Part shown: piece by piece, positions 27,174-41,218 of the stretch | Layout of the letters: every line of letters begins with the position of its first letter | Numbering within the stretch: position 1 is the stretch's first letter | Origin: Spongospora subterranea f. sp. subterranea | Lineage: Eukaryota | NCBI GenBank assembly: GCA_049724395.1 | Contig: JAUGWO010000095.1 | Location: forward strand, 1 to 64,000 | DNA length: 64,000 bases | Reading direction: 5' to 3' | The notes under the pieces: generated by a model | What the model was told of the DNA's origin: nothing | Seen by the model: the letters and a program-made list of their open reading frames with translations, nothing else | The model's database searches: none | Made by a program: the position numbers and the translations under genes

Positions 27174-28699
27174 TCCCTCCGTCCCCAGGTCAATTTTCAT
27201 CCGATTTTTTTGCTTTAAGTTGCGTCAGCCGCATGCCTGAAATCCAGATGTAAGAGTGCCGAAATGATATCTTTTGATTTTTTTCTCATTGCGTAATTCA
27301 TGGCGAAATATGCGATTTTGTACGTCAACCAAGACGGACACTGAAGTCGACAAAGGTTCGACAATTTAACTGATACAGTGATATTTTTTGTGATCCTAGA
27401 TAGGCAAATTGACGCAGAACCCGACTATATTTGTTTGTAAAATTAGCGAGCAACTTGAAACCGCTGTAGGCCAGTTTGAAGATGGGCAATCCATGATATT
27501 CCCAATTGATAGGTGAGACATCCTGATGGGACCTCCGTCAGGATCACGTATCACATGTTACAAATCTCTATTGATCATGTTGTTGATAAAGTATGAGATG
27601 TAATGGGGGACATGTGCCGTACTTCATTACATAGGAGTATTGTCTTTCATCATCCATCATGGATATCTCTGCCAGAGAGAGAAAATGTATTTTAATTAGT
27701 GATCAACGCCTGGCGGTTTTCCATTTTTTTTTCAGCAAGAAAAAAGGATTCTGACGGTTCTCACGAGTTGATGAAAGGCACTGTCCCTGCCGCTGTTGCA
27801 CTTTTCCATGTGACCGAACTACCATCCGGAAAATTTACAATCGCGGCCGTCAATCTTTGGCCGAAGGAAATTTGATTCCCGACGTGGCAGCTCGACATTC
27901 TGGCAGATCTGGTCAAAAACAAAGTGTGGATTTGGATGTGGAGGCCATCTCAGCAATCCCGTTGACATTACGTCAAAACATTCCAAATTTAGATAAATGC
28001 TTCTTGCCAGACCGGGTTTCTGGAAACCAGTTTTCATCACGGATATCGATAAACGGTGTCGCCGCTTGCCAAGCAATGACGCACTGCCCGCAAGAACACG
28101 TCAATGGGTAGCTCTGAAGTGTCGCTGCATGGCAACTTCACTGCTTCGTTTAGGCTTTTGTTCCTTTTGGCAACGGTGGCTTTGTTCTGGAGTCTTTGCA
28201 GCACCGCTGCACTCAAAATGGGCATATTCATCTAACGGAAGTAATATGTCTTTACCAGATGTCGCCATGAAATGGTCGACTTTAGTTTTAGGGAAGGCCA
28301 ACCGACAAGCAAGCCAGCAGCATGCACTGCGCGTTGATGGTACTGCGGCAGGTCATGCTTCAAATAGGTTATAAAATCAGACACGATCCCATTCATCAAT
28401 CACCAATACATTGTCTGACTTAATATACTCCCACAATTTCGCTTCCTTCGAAAAGACAGCAAGGCCTTTCGTTCGTAGATTCCTGTCTCTCACGTCGAAG
28501 CAGTGGCTGAAGCGTCTGGACGTGGTAGGCGCTATATCGAAGCAACAAGCTGCAATTGGATCACGTTTTCATGAAAAAATTTGGCACATTTGTTCAACGA
28601 CTGCTGTATTTGCCGTTTCCTGTTTACAAATGAAAACAAAGCTGTCCAGGTTATTCACCGTTTATGGGACCTAAACAAAAAACAGCGGTGATGATTAGG

Positions 28700-29700
28700 T
28701 GTGCAAATCAACATTGCCAACAGGCCCATCTCTGAAGTGTAGAAGAGGAATCTAGAGATCTTGCCCTGCTCCTGGAGATTTCACAGATTGACATATTGCA
28801 CGTCCGTTGTCGACGAGATCGTGTTAATGCAAAAAAGTAATGTAGAGGATGTAGAGGAACGCCGTCGCTTCTAACAATGGCAAAAACAAGCATCGATTTT
28901 ATTTTGTTGAGTAAATGCGGCCTGTTAACTGCCAACGATGACCATACACAGCCATAACTTCACAGAACAGCGAAGACTGCCTTTCTAACAACTGTCTTTG
29001 AGTATTCCGTTCCCGTGCAACGCGATATCGTGACAGCCTCCAACTGGATTCCTCATTTCCGGAACAAGATGCTGCTGACTGCCGATACGGTATGAGCATG
29101 GATAGCAACAATCAGGGCTCGTCGAACTGATATTGTCCGTTTGAAAAGAAGCGATCTGGCTGTGTCGCGACTGACCCAGATGCCCTCAACCTTCCTAATC
29201 GTGTACCCATCCGGGCCCATCCAGCATTGCGTAATGAATGGATCGCTTACAACAGTCAGCGAATAACACGATTTTCGGTTAAAACACACTTCACCATCAA
29301 GACTGGTTCGTTGAAAGCGGTCCATATGTGTTCCATCTGACGAAAACCCAACGCCTTTGGAACACGCGACCTTGCCAATTGCAGACCCATTACCGAAATG
29401 TCCCAGCAAAACCCTTGATGCCGCATGGATGTATTGAGAAACGCATTAAAATCTGTAGATTATCGGATACGGGTCGAAAACACTCGAGGGTGACACAATC
29501 GCATCTTCGATTTTATTCAAATGCAGCAAAAGGTTTCTCGGCAGACTCGAACCTCTTGCACGAAATCCTTTACTTCAGGACCGGGAGAACCTGTCAAGTA
29601 CTCAGCAACTTCCTCACCTATCTTCGTTGATTTAAATACCTCTGCACATCTGTCGCCGCTCGGCTCATTAATGGATGATCCTGGCATCCCTTCTTTGCTT
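28700..29700 (-). mobile_element. Degenerate PIF/Harbinger transposase (second family)
   Basis: DFVQEVRVCRETF and GVGFSSDGTHM...DGEVCFNRKSCYSL (the DGTH...NRK..YSL motif). Confidence 0.7.
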
Positions 29701-30877
29701 CGGCAGCAGAGTTTCCGATGAGTCTGCGGCTGCACCGGTGCTACCGTCTTCACCCGAATACGACTATTGGCCTTAGGGGGTTCTGTCTGCATCAACTTTC
29801 CGCCCAAACCTTCCTGTACTCGCTGCTTCTGACCACAACTCTGGTACTGTAAATAGGGTGTGGTACTGCATTCTAAATGGAGTTCATCCAACAATATATT
29901 ACAGCAGCGTTGTCTCGAATCCTCTGTACCCAATTGTCGTTTCGCGTTTTCTCGAATCAATGCCAAAACGCAATGTTTATCAAATCGGACCTTGAATTAC
30001 TAGAACTGTTGTTTAGCATCACCAATCATTACAGCAACTGAACATGAACATGGATATTTAGCTTGTCAATATAGCATTGCTCCCGATTCTGCAGTAGCAG
30101 AAATAATGTTCAATGCCGTATTGCAATGCGCGCGAGAATGCCCATCTCCCACTGGACGTGGCAATTTGCAACGAGGGTACCAGAATGAGAGACCTGCTCC
30201 ACTGAAGCTAATCCTCTGGAGGATCGACGTGCAATTGGTGCCAACTTAACTGGCAATCGCCGAAGCCTGAACGCGACCCACAGTGATTACGTCAAACAGG
30301 GAACATGATTCAGAAATATCAATGGGCTCAATATCGTTGGATCGAAGCGAAACGGTTTCTCTGCGGAAGCGGCTCTTAAACGGAACTTTTTTAACGGAAA
30401 GACTGGACGTGAAGCTGGACGTGAAGCTCAATGGGGACATTACTGTTGATAGCAGCATGGTTATCATGTGATATTGGAGCAACATCATTGGTCCAAAATA
30501 CGTCAGTCCAAAAGGTAAAACTAACGCCAGTTCAGCTCCTACGAATGCATATGAACAAGCAGCCACACTCAGCGCATTCCAGCCCCCAATATTTTTTCAA
30601 ACGGTTCGCTCTTGAGTCTGGCTGATTTTTCTCTATTCAGCAAAAAACTACTTCAACAGACACTTCACAAAGTGAGACGACAACTCATATAATTTAGTAG
30701 ACTGGGACGAAAAATAGAGATGCAGTACTACGACTTGGCACTGCATGTTTACCAACCCATTTCAAGACATGAATTGTCCTTGTTTGGCCAGGTAGCAGAA
30801 TCACCGATACGATGCTTCTCATATGAACTCATGACCTTTCAACTGTTGACACAACTTATGGACTTGACGCCGATAGC

Positions 30878-33800
30878 TCATTGCTTGTCTGCCTCAGTCA
30901 CCGATGTGAACGGTCTCGTGAACGCTTCCTCAGACATAGTGCGAACGGTTAAATCATCGAACTGGCTACCATATGAGTACGTCCCGCTGGGTTTGGGTAA
31001 AGATTGTTCTTGCGGATTCCAACTACGGTAACCGGGTGATGGATGCACAACTCTTACAGTTGATCTGGTGAGCGTTGTCGTAGGAAAACTTGTGAAGACC
31101 GGGTTTGAGGCAGTGTCTTGCGGGATCTCCCATTCATCTGTTTCCATAGCGTTCCGCATTGCTTTCTCGCGACTTTTCCACTTAAGTTTATACCTCGCAA
31201 TCACTGTGACAGCACCGACCGTTCCGAATGCGAAAACAGCGATCCCCAATAATTCCACATTAATACTCGATGCGGTTGTTTCAGGTTTGTTGGTCTTTAC
31301 ATCCAGACAGCTCAACGTTTCTCGGACGGTCTGAGAAACATTGCAGTATTTGCGAACGTCTATCGACGACCTGTCAACCAACTGTAAAAGGGGTGAATTG
31401 CAGACGGATGCCAGATTCCAGAGATTGACTCGCAAAGGGAGAATATCAGACGGCGATGCAACCAATATTGTCGCGCTGGCGTACGCGCCGCTAGAGTTCC
31501 TTATCAATGGTGTGTGGCAAGATATTGTGGATATGTTTAGGCATGCACTCAGCTCCGAAACGAATTGTTGCTCAAGATCGTTGTCTGCAACTGTACTCAG
31601 ATGGCTATCATCGAGACGTACGCTAATGTCGGTCATCAAGAGGGATAAATCGTTGGAATGATTTGGCGTTAACGTAGAGGTAGATCGATATCTGGTTTCT
31701 GCTGAAAAAGGACCCAGCGACGTGTTGAACGCTAAAATAGTTGTCGTTCCGCGTTTTGTGCGATGAGCTGGACTCGTAGCACTCTTTGTTGTCGTGATGA
31801 ACTTGCTTGCCAACGATATCGGTTTCACCGGCGCATTCGTCGAAATCGTACTTTTTCTTGATACTTTCTTTGTCACGCTGCGCGAACTCACTTTTTTCGT
31901 TGAAATCTTCTTCGTTGTAGCTTTCGTCTTGAGCTTTGCCGTTTTTTTCATCGTCGTCTTTTTCGGTGCGAAGATTTTTGTTGTAGGTTTTGGCGTTGCA
32001 GACTTCTTGGTTGTAAGCTTCTTTGGTACAAAAATCTTTGTCGTTGGCTTGTTGGTGCTTGGCTTCTTCGCAGTAATTCTCCTTGTCGCCGGCGTCTTTG
32101 TCGATAACTTCTTTGTGCTCCGTTTTCTAGTTGACGGTTTTCTTGTGGACGGAATGCCTCTAGAAATGGTCGTTAGCGAATTTTCAGTTGATCTCATGGT
32201 TGATGATTTTTTTAGCGTCGCCGTTGCTACAGATACAACACTATCTACGATCGCAATAAATCCGCCGCGTTGTCCGGACTCGTCAGAAGTGAACTGCAAG
32301 CTAAAAGATTTTGCATCCGTTGAATACCAGTATTTGTTGGTAATTTGTTGAATTCCGTCGTAGCCCGAGATGACTTTAGTTATTCCTGGTTTCGCTGCCG
32401 TATCGACCAGTCTCACAACATCGGTGTTGAGCTGGGTGAAGAAGTATATGAACTTGATTCGCGTAATGTATCCGTTTGGAGCCCGGAAATTGAAAGTGCA
32501 ATCTTGGTTGTTATCATAGACTAGATTTGGTTGGCTAGCAATAGCATACGATCCATTTTTAGGCAGCGAAGCAAGATTGACGGAAACTGATGACCCTGTC
32601 CTACAGTAGTATGTGCTTTTGACATTCAAGGATGTTGTCGGCTGCGGTGTGGCTCCGTCGCAAGTTGGCAGAAGACCGGGATTATAGCCGAACAAAAACG
32701 TCGGCGTTGGAGGAGGTAGAGGTGCGCAACTCACTCCATAACCATATGCTTGTGTCAAATTTCTATTGCCACACGTTATTGGTTTGCTTCAAATGATAAT
32801 CGCACCTGTTCAGGGGTATCTGCTTACATTGATTGTATAATATAGCGGTTGTTTTGAAATTGGGCTCCATGAAGCTTTGTGAGACGATTGCCGTTGAGCG
32901 ATCTATTCATTGAGACCATTTAAAGTCATCGCACGAAGAATTGTACAATGATAATGAAACTACATGCCATAGAGGTAGACCATGGATTCCAGAAAAGTAG
33001 ACCCGATGGCAGTTATTTGATTTCCTTCCAATCCAAGAAATGACCTAAGAATCAATAGAATACTGAACATGCCTCACTTCTTACGAAAACAAAAAGTTTC
33101 TGCAAAACTGCACAAGAATCAGGGGTGGAGTGCAAAAAAATTGTGGAAAACTGAGAGTGCCCTTGTAATAAAATAACTTTGATGATACCAGCTTTAAAAA
33201 AGCCAAAGCACACGGTTCCAAGCCACCTACAATGACAAAAATGGTTGAGCCGTTTCAAAAAAAGTACCCTGCGATTGGATACTATTCCACGACAGGTCCC
33301 TAAAAGATTTGTGACTTCTGAGCTTCACCGGTGACCCAAATCTGAACATTACTTACAGTTCCAGAAGACCGATGCAATTTTCCAGTCCTAAGTAATCGAT
33401 GCTGACTAAATTGTTATTTCTAATGTATCTGGGAAATGCTTCAATATAACTAATCAATCAATACGAAAAATGCTTACAAGTATCGCAATTGCACCAGCTT
33501 TGAAAAGACGTTGTCCCCCATGGACGATATCAGGCGATTCCCTGAAATATTTCTTCTCAAGGGAAGATATTATTGAGTAGCGGAACAAAGCACATTCAGG
33601 AACGGAACCGACAAGGTCTGAAGCGACGTCAACTTGGAGAACGCGGAAGACGATATCGAAAACACAAATGTATCTGTAATTTCACTATACATTCTGTCAA
33701 TAGGAGTTACATAAAATTCAGGCGCCCTCAGTCCTACAGCTTGGTAATCGCCATTGGAGACGGGATGTCGAACCAGAACTCAGTGATCTGTCCCGAAAAC

Positions 33801-34018
33801 CCCATTCCCTTTATCGATCTGCAACAGACGAAATGAAGTGCAATATCAGAAACAGAATCAGTGCAGGACAGATGGACTGTGATAGAGAGGAAACATTACA
33901 TGACTGACTCGCCGTGACAACCGATACTGTACAGTGAGCAGATATCGCCAATGGCTAACGTAGTTGGATGCAACGTGAACCACAGCGCACTGACTAGAGC
34001 TATCCACGACATCCTCAT
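30878..34018 (-). CDS. Multi-exon single-pass surface protein: signal peptide, leucine-rich repeats, CUB domain, Lys/Thr-rich stalk, TM helix, cytoplasmic tail
   Basis: ATG 34018 MRMSWIALVSALWFTLHPTTLA. Small exons encode AFSKLTSLQTL, NISGNRLISSMGDNVFSKLVQLRYL, YIRNNNLVSIDYLGLENCIGLLEL, DLSWNSIQS, FLGLEGNQITAIGSTFLESM and SLNGNRLTKLHGAQFQNN. The large last exon has CUB (YDNNQDCTFNFRAP..LQFTSDESGQRGGF) and TM LLGIAVFAFGTVGAVTVIA. Some exon boundaries are approximate. Confidence 0.8.
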
Positions 34019-34619
34019 CTTGCCGAACAAAGCAAACCGGTACGTGTCAACATTAGTCAATCATTTTTGTTTCTCAGACTCAGCAGAATATATCTGATTA
34101 TTGATTGAATTGTTGTAGCGAGACCAAGTACCCAACACAACTGGATATTTATTGGGGCCGATCCGGCATGAACGGCGGATATACGAAATTTTTGTCCAGA
34201 ATTAAATTACATTATTGTGACGTTAAAATTCCTCATTTTTGTACAACTACTTTGATACCGTATCTATTCGTTAGTGAACTGTTCATCAAGTTTATGCACT
34301 CGTAGCTTCTACTGGTACCTTCATCACTAGGATGTTGTTGTTTTGTTGGATTGACATGTCAAGACGGCAGTTTCACTTCATCAGCTACGCGAAACAGCAT
34401 CATCAGATGCATTTACCATGACCGAAAATCGAGTGAAGAGCCAGATATATTTCAGGGCTTCATGGCTTTCCAAAACCCGGGCAACGTCGAACGCCGTGCT
34501 ATTACTGAGCCGATGAAACACCCGCTGAAATCAATGTGTTTTTGCCCGAGGACACCAGTCAGAGGAACCGACCCTTTTCACAAGATTGAAACATCATGAC
34601 CTGGTAGAACTTCGCTGCT

Positions 34620-34906
34620 TGGTGGAGACAACAACAAAAATTCACCGAAATCCACAACAATGGGACGCAGCGCGAGGCCCTTCGCGGAACACTTCCCGAA
34701 GTTTTCCTTGATCGTGTAGTTGGAGGACAGAATGACGGGGAGGTTGAGCCTCATGCAACGGCGCTGCGTCTCCCGCTGCTCGACCAGGGATTCGGCGCCC
34801 TCAGGATCTTATTGAGCTCTCCGACATTGGGGAAGGCGCCGCCGTTGAGGTCGTCTATGATTAACAGGTCGTTCTTACTGTCCTCATACCATCCCCACCA
34901 CGAGCT
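34620..34906 (-). other. Endogenous CRESS-DNA virus Rep, SF3 helicase part (degenerate)
   Basis: SWWGWYED..DLLIIDD (WWDGY/Walker B-like), then after a frameshift LNLPVILSSNY (motif C-like). Walker A is not present. Confidence 0.65.
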
Positions 34907-35719
34907 AGTTGAAAACTTGAAAGTGGCCCAAACATGGCCCAAAAGCTCGATTTGGCTCAAAAATGGCCCAAAAAGACTGATATGGCTTTTATGTGTTCCA
35001 ACGTAAAAAAGTTTGAAACGATCTAACTCAGTCAGATGATATTAAAATGTTACAAACCTAGCAATGTTGTTTTTTTTATTGTAATGAGCTGTTAAATGCA
35101 TATGGAGTTTGATCATTTTATGAATCAACAAAGACCTTGGAGAAGTTCAACTGGTCATCGCTCGGTGGATACTCTTCAGCCACTTGCATAGCCCTTAGAT
35201 GGATCCTGTGCGACACATACCAATCGTAGCCAATCGTAAAACCCAGATTACTGAAAAGGAATCCCCATTTCGGAACGTCTTCGATTGGTGTTCCTCATGT
35301 GATTCCTCAAAGTTTCCTATTTTCTCGTCTGTTTTCAGTAACAACGACTGCAGTTTCTCCCTTGGACGGAATCGACTTGGCTTGCCTAAAAGCCGAACTT
35401 CGGTAATCTTGTAGCTGCAATTTCGGCCTTCGCCGAGAGATATCTTTGATCGGTGCGGACCGATAGAGGATAGCGCTTGGACCACAAGGTTCACAGAGTA
35501 TGGTAGTCAGACTGATAATGATGTCGAGGACCAGGAGATCAGAAGGGTTGACATGGCTGGGGGTGGTATGTGAAGTGACAATATGGTACATATTATCGCA
35601 CAGGATCCATTTAAGGGCTATGCAAGTGGCTGAAGAGTATCCACCGATTGATGACAAGTTTGAACTTCTCCGAGATCTTTGATGATGCTGATAAATGATC
35701 AAACTCCAATATGCATTAT

Positions 35720-36214
35720 TTTCCCGATCGACGTTGGGAATGGATTGCAGCTCGTGCTCGACTTCAATGTCGTCCGCGGCCCGTACCGCGTTGGGGTTGA
35801 GCTTGTTCGACAAGCACATCAGCCAATCATACGGGGACTGCCCGGAGGCACCGGCGAAGGCCAGGACGCCCGCATCCGGCTTCTTCAGAATGTACTATAC
35901 CTTAGTAAAAAGCATGCAGCGAGCGTGATGCCAGGTAGTGGCCGCGTTCGCCCGCCAGATCGTCCACTTTGGGGATCTCTTCAGATTCCGACGATGGCGG
36001 GCGCGGCAGATAACAAGCGCGTGAACGTGTGGCGTCCCATCCTGATGCTGCTCGGACTTGAAAACCGCCCGTTCGACATCGTCAGGGAAAGTTGCCCAAA
36101 TGTTTTGCAGATGATGCAGTTGGGTTCGGTGGCGCATTGTGCCCGCTTCGCAAAGAGATGCGTTCCACTGAATCCCTTGGGCGGCGCCCGATCAATGCCC
36201 TCTAGAGTCGCCAT
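35720..36214 (-). other. Endogenous CRESS-DNA virus Rep, HUH endonuclease part (degenerate)
   Basis: HLFAKRAQC (decayed motif I), SEQHQDGTPHVHALV (motif II in gemini/genomovirus style), YILK (motif III). Visibly more GC-rich than the flanks. Confidence 0.75.
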
Positions 36215-36564
36215 GTCTTGATCGCTACAAATGACAGAGACACACTTGATTCGGGTAGCGGGGATGCCCTAGCTTTCTTCGGGTACGGGCCTACTTTCGC
36301 AACGGGATAGGAGTAGTCGGCAAATTCTTCCGGACGATTTGATCCCTGGCGACATGCTCGTGTCGTCGATGCCGACAAGTATCACTAAATGAGCGTGTTA
36401 TTGGCAATATTTATTCTGTTTAAAATCAGGAATATCTCAAACCACATTTTGGAGATACTTGCCATACAGTTTGGTACTAAACTCTAACAATAAGAATAAA
36501 CTAATACAGCTTGTACAGCCTATATAAGCCAACCCATCGAGCCTCTGTTGATCATATCCACCAA

Positions 36565-38048
36565 TCATAACAATTGCTGTGCTTGAACGCACACAGCGGT
36601 TCCCTGTTGATCATCCTTTTTGGGTCGAAATATATGGACCAGGAATGTCACTTTGACTCCTCCTGTCAAGCAAGTAATACTCCAAGCAATTGTCCATCCC
36701 GTTAATGTAGTAAACTCTGGTGTCGTCATGACAAATAATCCTGCCGACTGCGTCAACATGGTGATTCCAACCCCAATCGCACAGTACGACCATCGATGGA
36801 GTAGACGATCCAGTCGCTGTCGTAATGGGCTGAACGTTAGCCTGACTTCCTTCGTTATTCTTCTGCATTCGATCTGAAAGAGGATTGCGCCCCACAGAAA
36901 CTGGATCCCCAGGATAATCTCAATCGTCAAGAACATGATGCCGTTGATCTCATCGAACATCGGATAAACCTTTTCGAAATATGCCGCATACATTACCGAG
37001 ACCACCAGTTCCAAAGCCATCGTCAAAAAGCAGACAATTACTGCGAAAATTTTATAGTCGCCTCGAAATATTCTGATTATCATGGAGAATCTCCCATTGC
37101 GTGTGACCTCAGATAATTTGCGATTCCAAAAGGCAGAGGAAAAAATAGAGATGGCGAATTCCATGCCGCTGTTTTGGGTCGCGAAGAACAGCATAACTCT
37201 GGCAGAAAGATGTGACGTTGAGAAGTGGCCTCCAATACCGAGGATGGATGCCAACAATGCAGTATGGCACATGGCAATAAATAACGTCAAATGAGGATAA
37301 CCCATACGACTCCACAAAAACCACATAAACCGATTCCAATTCCTATGTTTGGGCAAAATGGTATTGCGATAACGATTACAGATTAGCGTGTAATGCCCAT
37401 GGATGAATATGGCGGCGGTGACCGATGCCTGACAATATATTGAGACAGGGAGCCATCTGATAAATAACTGGTAATCCCATGATGAGAAGGCGGTCTCCCA
37501 GATATTATAATCGGGATATAGAGAGACGGCGGTGCTGGGATCACTACGAACCGCGTCGACCCATTTCATTTGAATCCTGTAGAACCATAAAGGGAATGTC
37601 GGATCGATGGGCCAAACAACTGGAGCAGGTGTCTTTGAAATTTAATGTGATGCTCGGAGGCCAAGGAGAGAAAACTAAACAGTACTGAGAAACGGAGGAA
37701 TCAGCCGAAACGACAGTAATACTGACCTATAATTGCTATTGCGCCATTCCTGATAAAATTGTCATTGACAATCTCTGCAGAACATGGTCCCGTGTGCTTG
37801 ACCATAACTATTGTCCCCCCAATATGATCCTTGTCGACTTTGTCCATATCACAGGGATCATCTTCAAACACCCGTAATTGTCCCACTATTGGGTTGATAT
37901 GGTCATGGAATTGTGTCCCAATAAACTTGCTGAATGGGGTACTGTACAGATTGAGACCTGTCAAAGAGCCATTGATAAAGGTGACACCCGCTGAGCAATT
38001 GCCAACTAATACTCCACAGAAAATCTGTAAGAACAGCTTCCCCGTCAT
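36565..38048 (-). pseudogene. PA-7TM copy 4 (single +1 frameshift)
   Basis: Exon 1 38048-37727, 52-nt intron 37726-37675. An extra G near 37560 (GAAATGGGTCGAC) leads to TAG; the rest is open to 36565. Could be a homopolymer error. Confidence 0.75.
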
Positions 38049-39183
38049 CGTTGACTCAATTGCCCCGTATATTGGAATCCCTCTGAAAGATATTTGTAGA
38101 TCGTGCCGTCGATAATCATATCCTGATGTTCACCTGAACAAGGAATGCAGTATAAGATCGATGTTCTTCACGTTTTTGCTAGCCATGAAAACATATAAAT
38201 CGTGGAGAACATAATGCTGGAGTACCGTTCGTTGAATAACATGAAAAACCCTCTTTTCATCAGATTTACTCGATCATGGCTTCTGCTGCACATACATACC
38301 CTAAAGGAATACAGAGCTAGCGTTTAAGATGAAGATTATGGCTGAACCCTACGATCCAGTCTTTGTCGAAATTCAGTGACAGTTGCAGTACTTCATTCGA
38401 TATACCTTCGTGCATCCAATAGCATTGCGCTCACGGGACCTGAAGCTGAGAACAAATATCTAAATTCAAACAAACCTGATTTTATTTGATTGAATATGGC
38501 TGGAAAGTACAGAACTCGTTTAATGTAAAAGAATAGTCCAAAATTCTATTGAAGAGAATGCGAACTTGATAGAGTGATCGATTCCCTTTAAATGGCGACG
38601 CGCACCAAGCTTCAACACAGTGTTCTCCAACCTCGCTTAAGCTCATATTGCAGGAAATCAGGGTAGTGCGCTCGGAATCAGAATTGACCTAGTAACCAGT
38701 GACGTAACCGGTCTCGAGACCTGTCAGGAAGGTTGTGTGGAAAACGGGCAAGAATTCAGACAGTAAATCAATCAAATGCAAAAGGATGCAGCAGGCGACC
38801 CCCAGCCGAGGTTAGTGTGCAGTCTGAGATGTTGTCGTCGACACTAATGATTTGCCAGTAACAAAATACCTCACTGAAAACATTGGTGCGCTCTAAGAGA
38901 ACTTGGCAATTCCCACCCGACTTGAACACCCGCGGGCGACTCGGATTCGAAATCGATGCGGTTTGGCAGGCTGATAGAGCAACAATTACCAGAGTTCTAC
39001 GTATTCAAAATAATCAACAGAAGAGATCATGATCGAGACAGATTGGTCAACTATATTGATATTCCGGTTATCATAACCGATTTAGCGAAAACAGTCTGAG
39101 CGATTTTGGGTCACCAAAGGATGTTTATAACATCTATGAGCATGTTATTATTTTGTTGGTTCTTGCCCTTCATCTTTTTTAAA

Positions 39184-40683
39184 TTATGTTTTAGAAGGCA
39201 CAGAAGTCACTTGTGGATGGATATGCACTGAATTTCGATGCTGATCATCAATCCTGGGCCGGAACAAGTGAACCAGCAGTGTCAATTTGACGCCACTGCT
39301 GATGCAGCTGACGCTCCAAAAAATCGTCCATCCTTCAACGGTAAAGAATAGTGGTGTTCCCACGATTACTTGTGCTGATGACTGAAACAGCATCGTAATG
39401 CCGAGCCCAAGAGCGCAATGCGATAATCGTGCGAGAAAACGATCCCTTCCCGGTCTTACCGTGCTGAAAGATGGTCTAATTTCTTTGGATAGCTTTTTGT
39501 ACTCGATCAGAAATAGAATTGCGCCCCATAGGAAATGAATTCCGATTGATATTTCTAGAATCAAACCCAGGCCCCCGTTGATTACGTTGAAAATGGGATA
39601 GGCGTTGTCGAAGTACGTGGCATATATTGAAGAGGTCACTAAATCTAATGCGATAACGAAGAAGCAGAGCAGCACTGTCGATATCCTGCCACAATTACAC
39701 AATTTGGTCACCAGTGGACGCTGCGCTTTGTTAGTGATTTCTGCCAGTTTTCCATTCCAAAAAGCAGATGATATAATTGTGACAGCATACTCCACACCAC
39801 AATTTAGGGTGGAAAAAAAGAGCATAACTGGCGCCGGGAAATTTGAGTTGGAGAATAGGCCTCCAATACCGAGAACTGATGCCACCAATGTACAATGGAG
39901 CATTGCAAGTAGCAGTGCTACTTGAGGATACCCCATTCGCTTCCACATATATCTCAGAAACCGAGAACGATCATGGATCCCTGACTGAGAGGTCCTCCGA
40001 ACCAGAAAATCATTGCAGATCAAACCATAATGCTGATGAAGGAATATGGCGGCGGCGATCGATGCCTGACAATTTATAATGACAGGAAGCCATCTGATAA
40101 ATAACTGATAATTCCACGACGAGAATGCGGCCTCCCAGATATTATAATCGGGAAATAAAGAGACGGCGATGCTGGGATCATCACGAACTGCGTCGAGAAG
40201 CTCATTTGATTCCTGTAAAGCCATAAAAGGAATATCTGATCGGTGGGCCAAACAGCTAGAACAGGGGTCCCTGAAGTTTAATAGCATGCTGGGTGGCCAC
40301 TGAGAGAAAACTAAACAATATTCAGGCGTTGAGATGAGCGAAAGTTAGCAGTAGTAATGACCTATAATGGCAATTGCGCCTTTTCTGATGAAGTTGTCAT
40401 TAATAATTTCTGTAGAGCATGGTCCCCAATTCTTGACCATAATGATGAAACCCCTGACATTGTCCTCGATGATTTGCTCCTTATTACAGGGATCATTTTG
40501 AAACACCCGTAAACGACCCACTATTGGGTCGATATGGTCCTCAAATTGTGTCCCAATAAACTTGGTGTATGAGGTGCTGTACAGGCTGAGATCTGTTAAG
40601 GAGCCATTGATGAAGGTGACACCCGCTGAGCAAACACCAAATAGTACTGCAACGGTAATCTGTAACAACAGGTTCCCCCTCAT
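39184..40683 (-). CDS. PA-7TM copy 5 (intact, ~482 aa)
   Basis: Exon 1 40683-40362, 51-nt intron 40361-40311, exon 2 40310-39184; 1449 nt in frame. Confidence 0.88.
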
Positions 40684-41218
40684 CGTTGAATTAAGTGTCC
40701 GCTATTACCTGGATCCCACTCAAAAGATATTCAGAGATCGTCCCATTATCCTACGTGTACTCCGGTAAACATCTAACGGATCCAAGGAATGCAGTATAAA
40801 CTCGATGCACTTTATGTTTTGCTGGCCATAATCAACGACGCCGTGAGCATCCTGGAAGTATAAAATCTTTTTGGTTGCCATTACTTCTTAGTCCTGTTAC
40901 ATATACGAATAATCACCCGTTGACGGTTTCGACAGAAACACTATCACCTTGCACCACATGATGACTTATAATATGGCCTCAAGATGTTGGACACCCACAT
41001 GAAGAAAAAAAGGACTGGGTTTGTCATGACGAATTCGAGGATTTCAATAATCAATAGGGTTCAAGTGCGTCCCACTTTATTAAATTATGGTTTCGAAAGT
41101 CGATTGAGCGAACCAATCTAAGTGATTTCGGGCTGCCAAACGATTTAATTTATCATAATATTGGCGACAATGGACAAATAGTTATTTTTTTTGTGGATGG
41201 GTAGTCGCTCCCTGCTAA

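Noticed and set aside
30246..30566. Small hydrophobic ORF
   Set aside because: No recognisable motif or splice structure to support a gene.
31794..32351. Hydrophobic 185-aa plus-strand ORF
   Set aside because: It is the antisense shadow of the Lys/Thr-rich stalk of the LRR-CUB gene.
36370..36415. CRESS origin nonanucleotide upstream of Rep (aagtatcac, caatattta)
   Set aside because: Neither matches NANTATTAC, and no flanking stem is evident.
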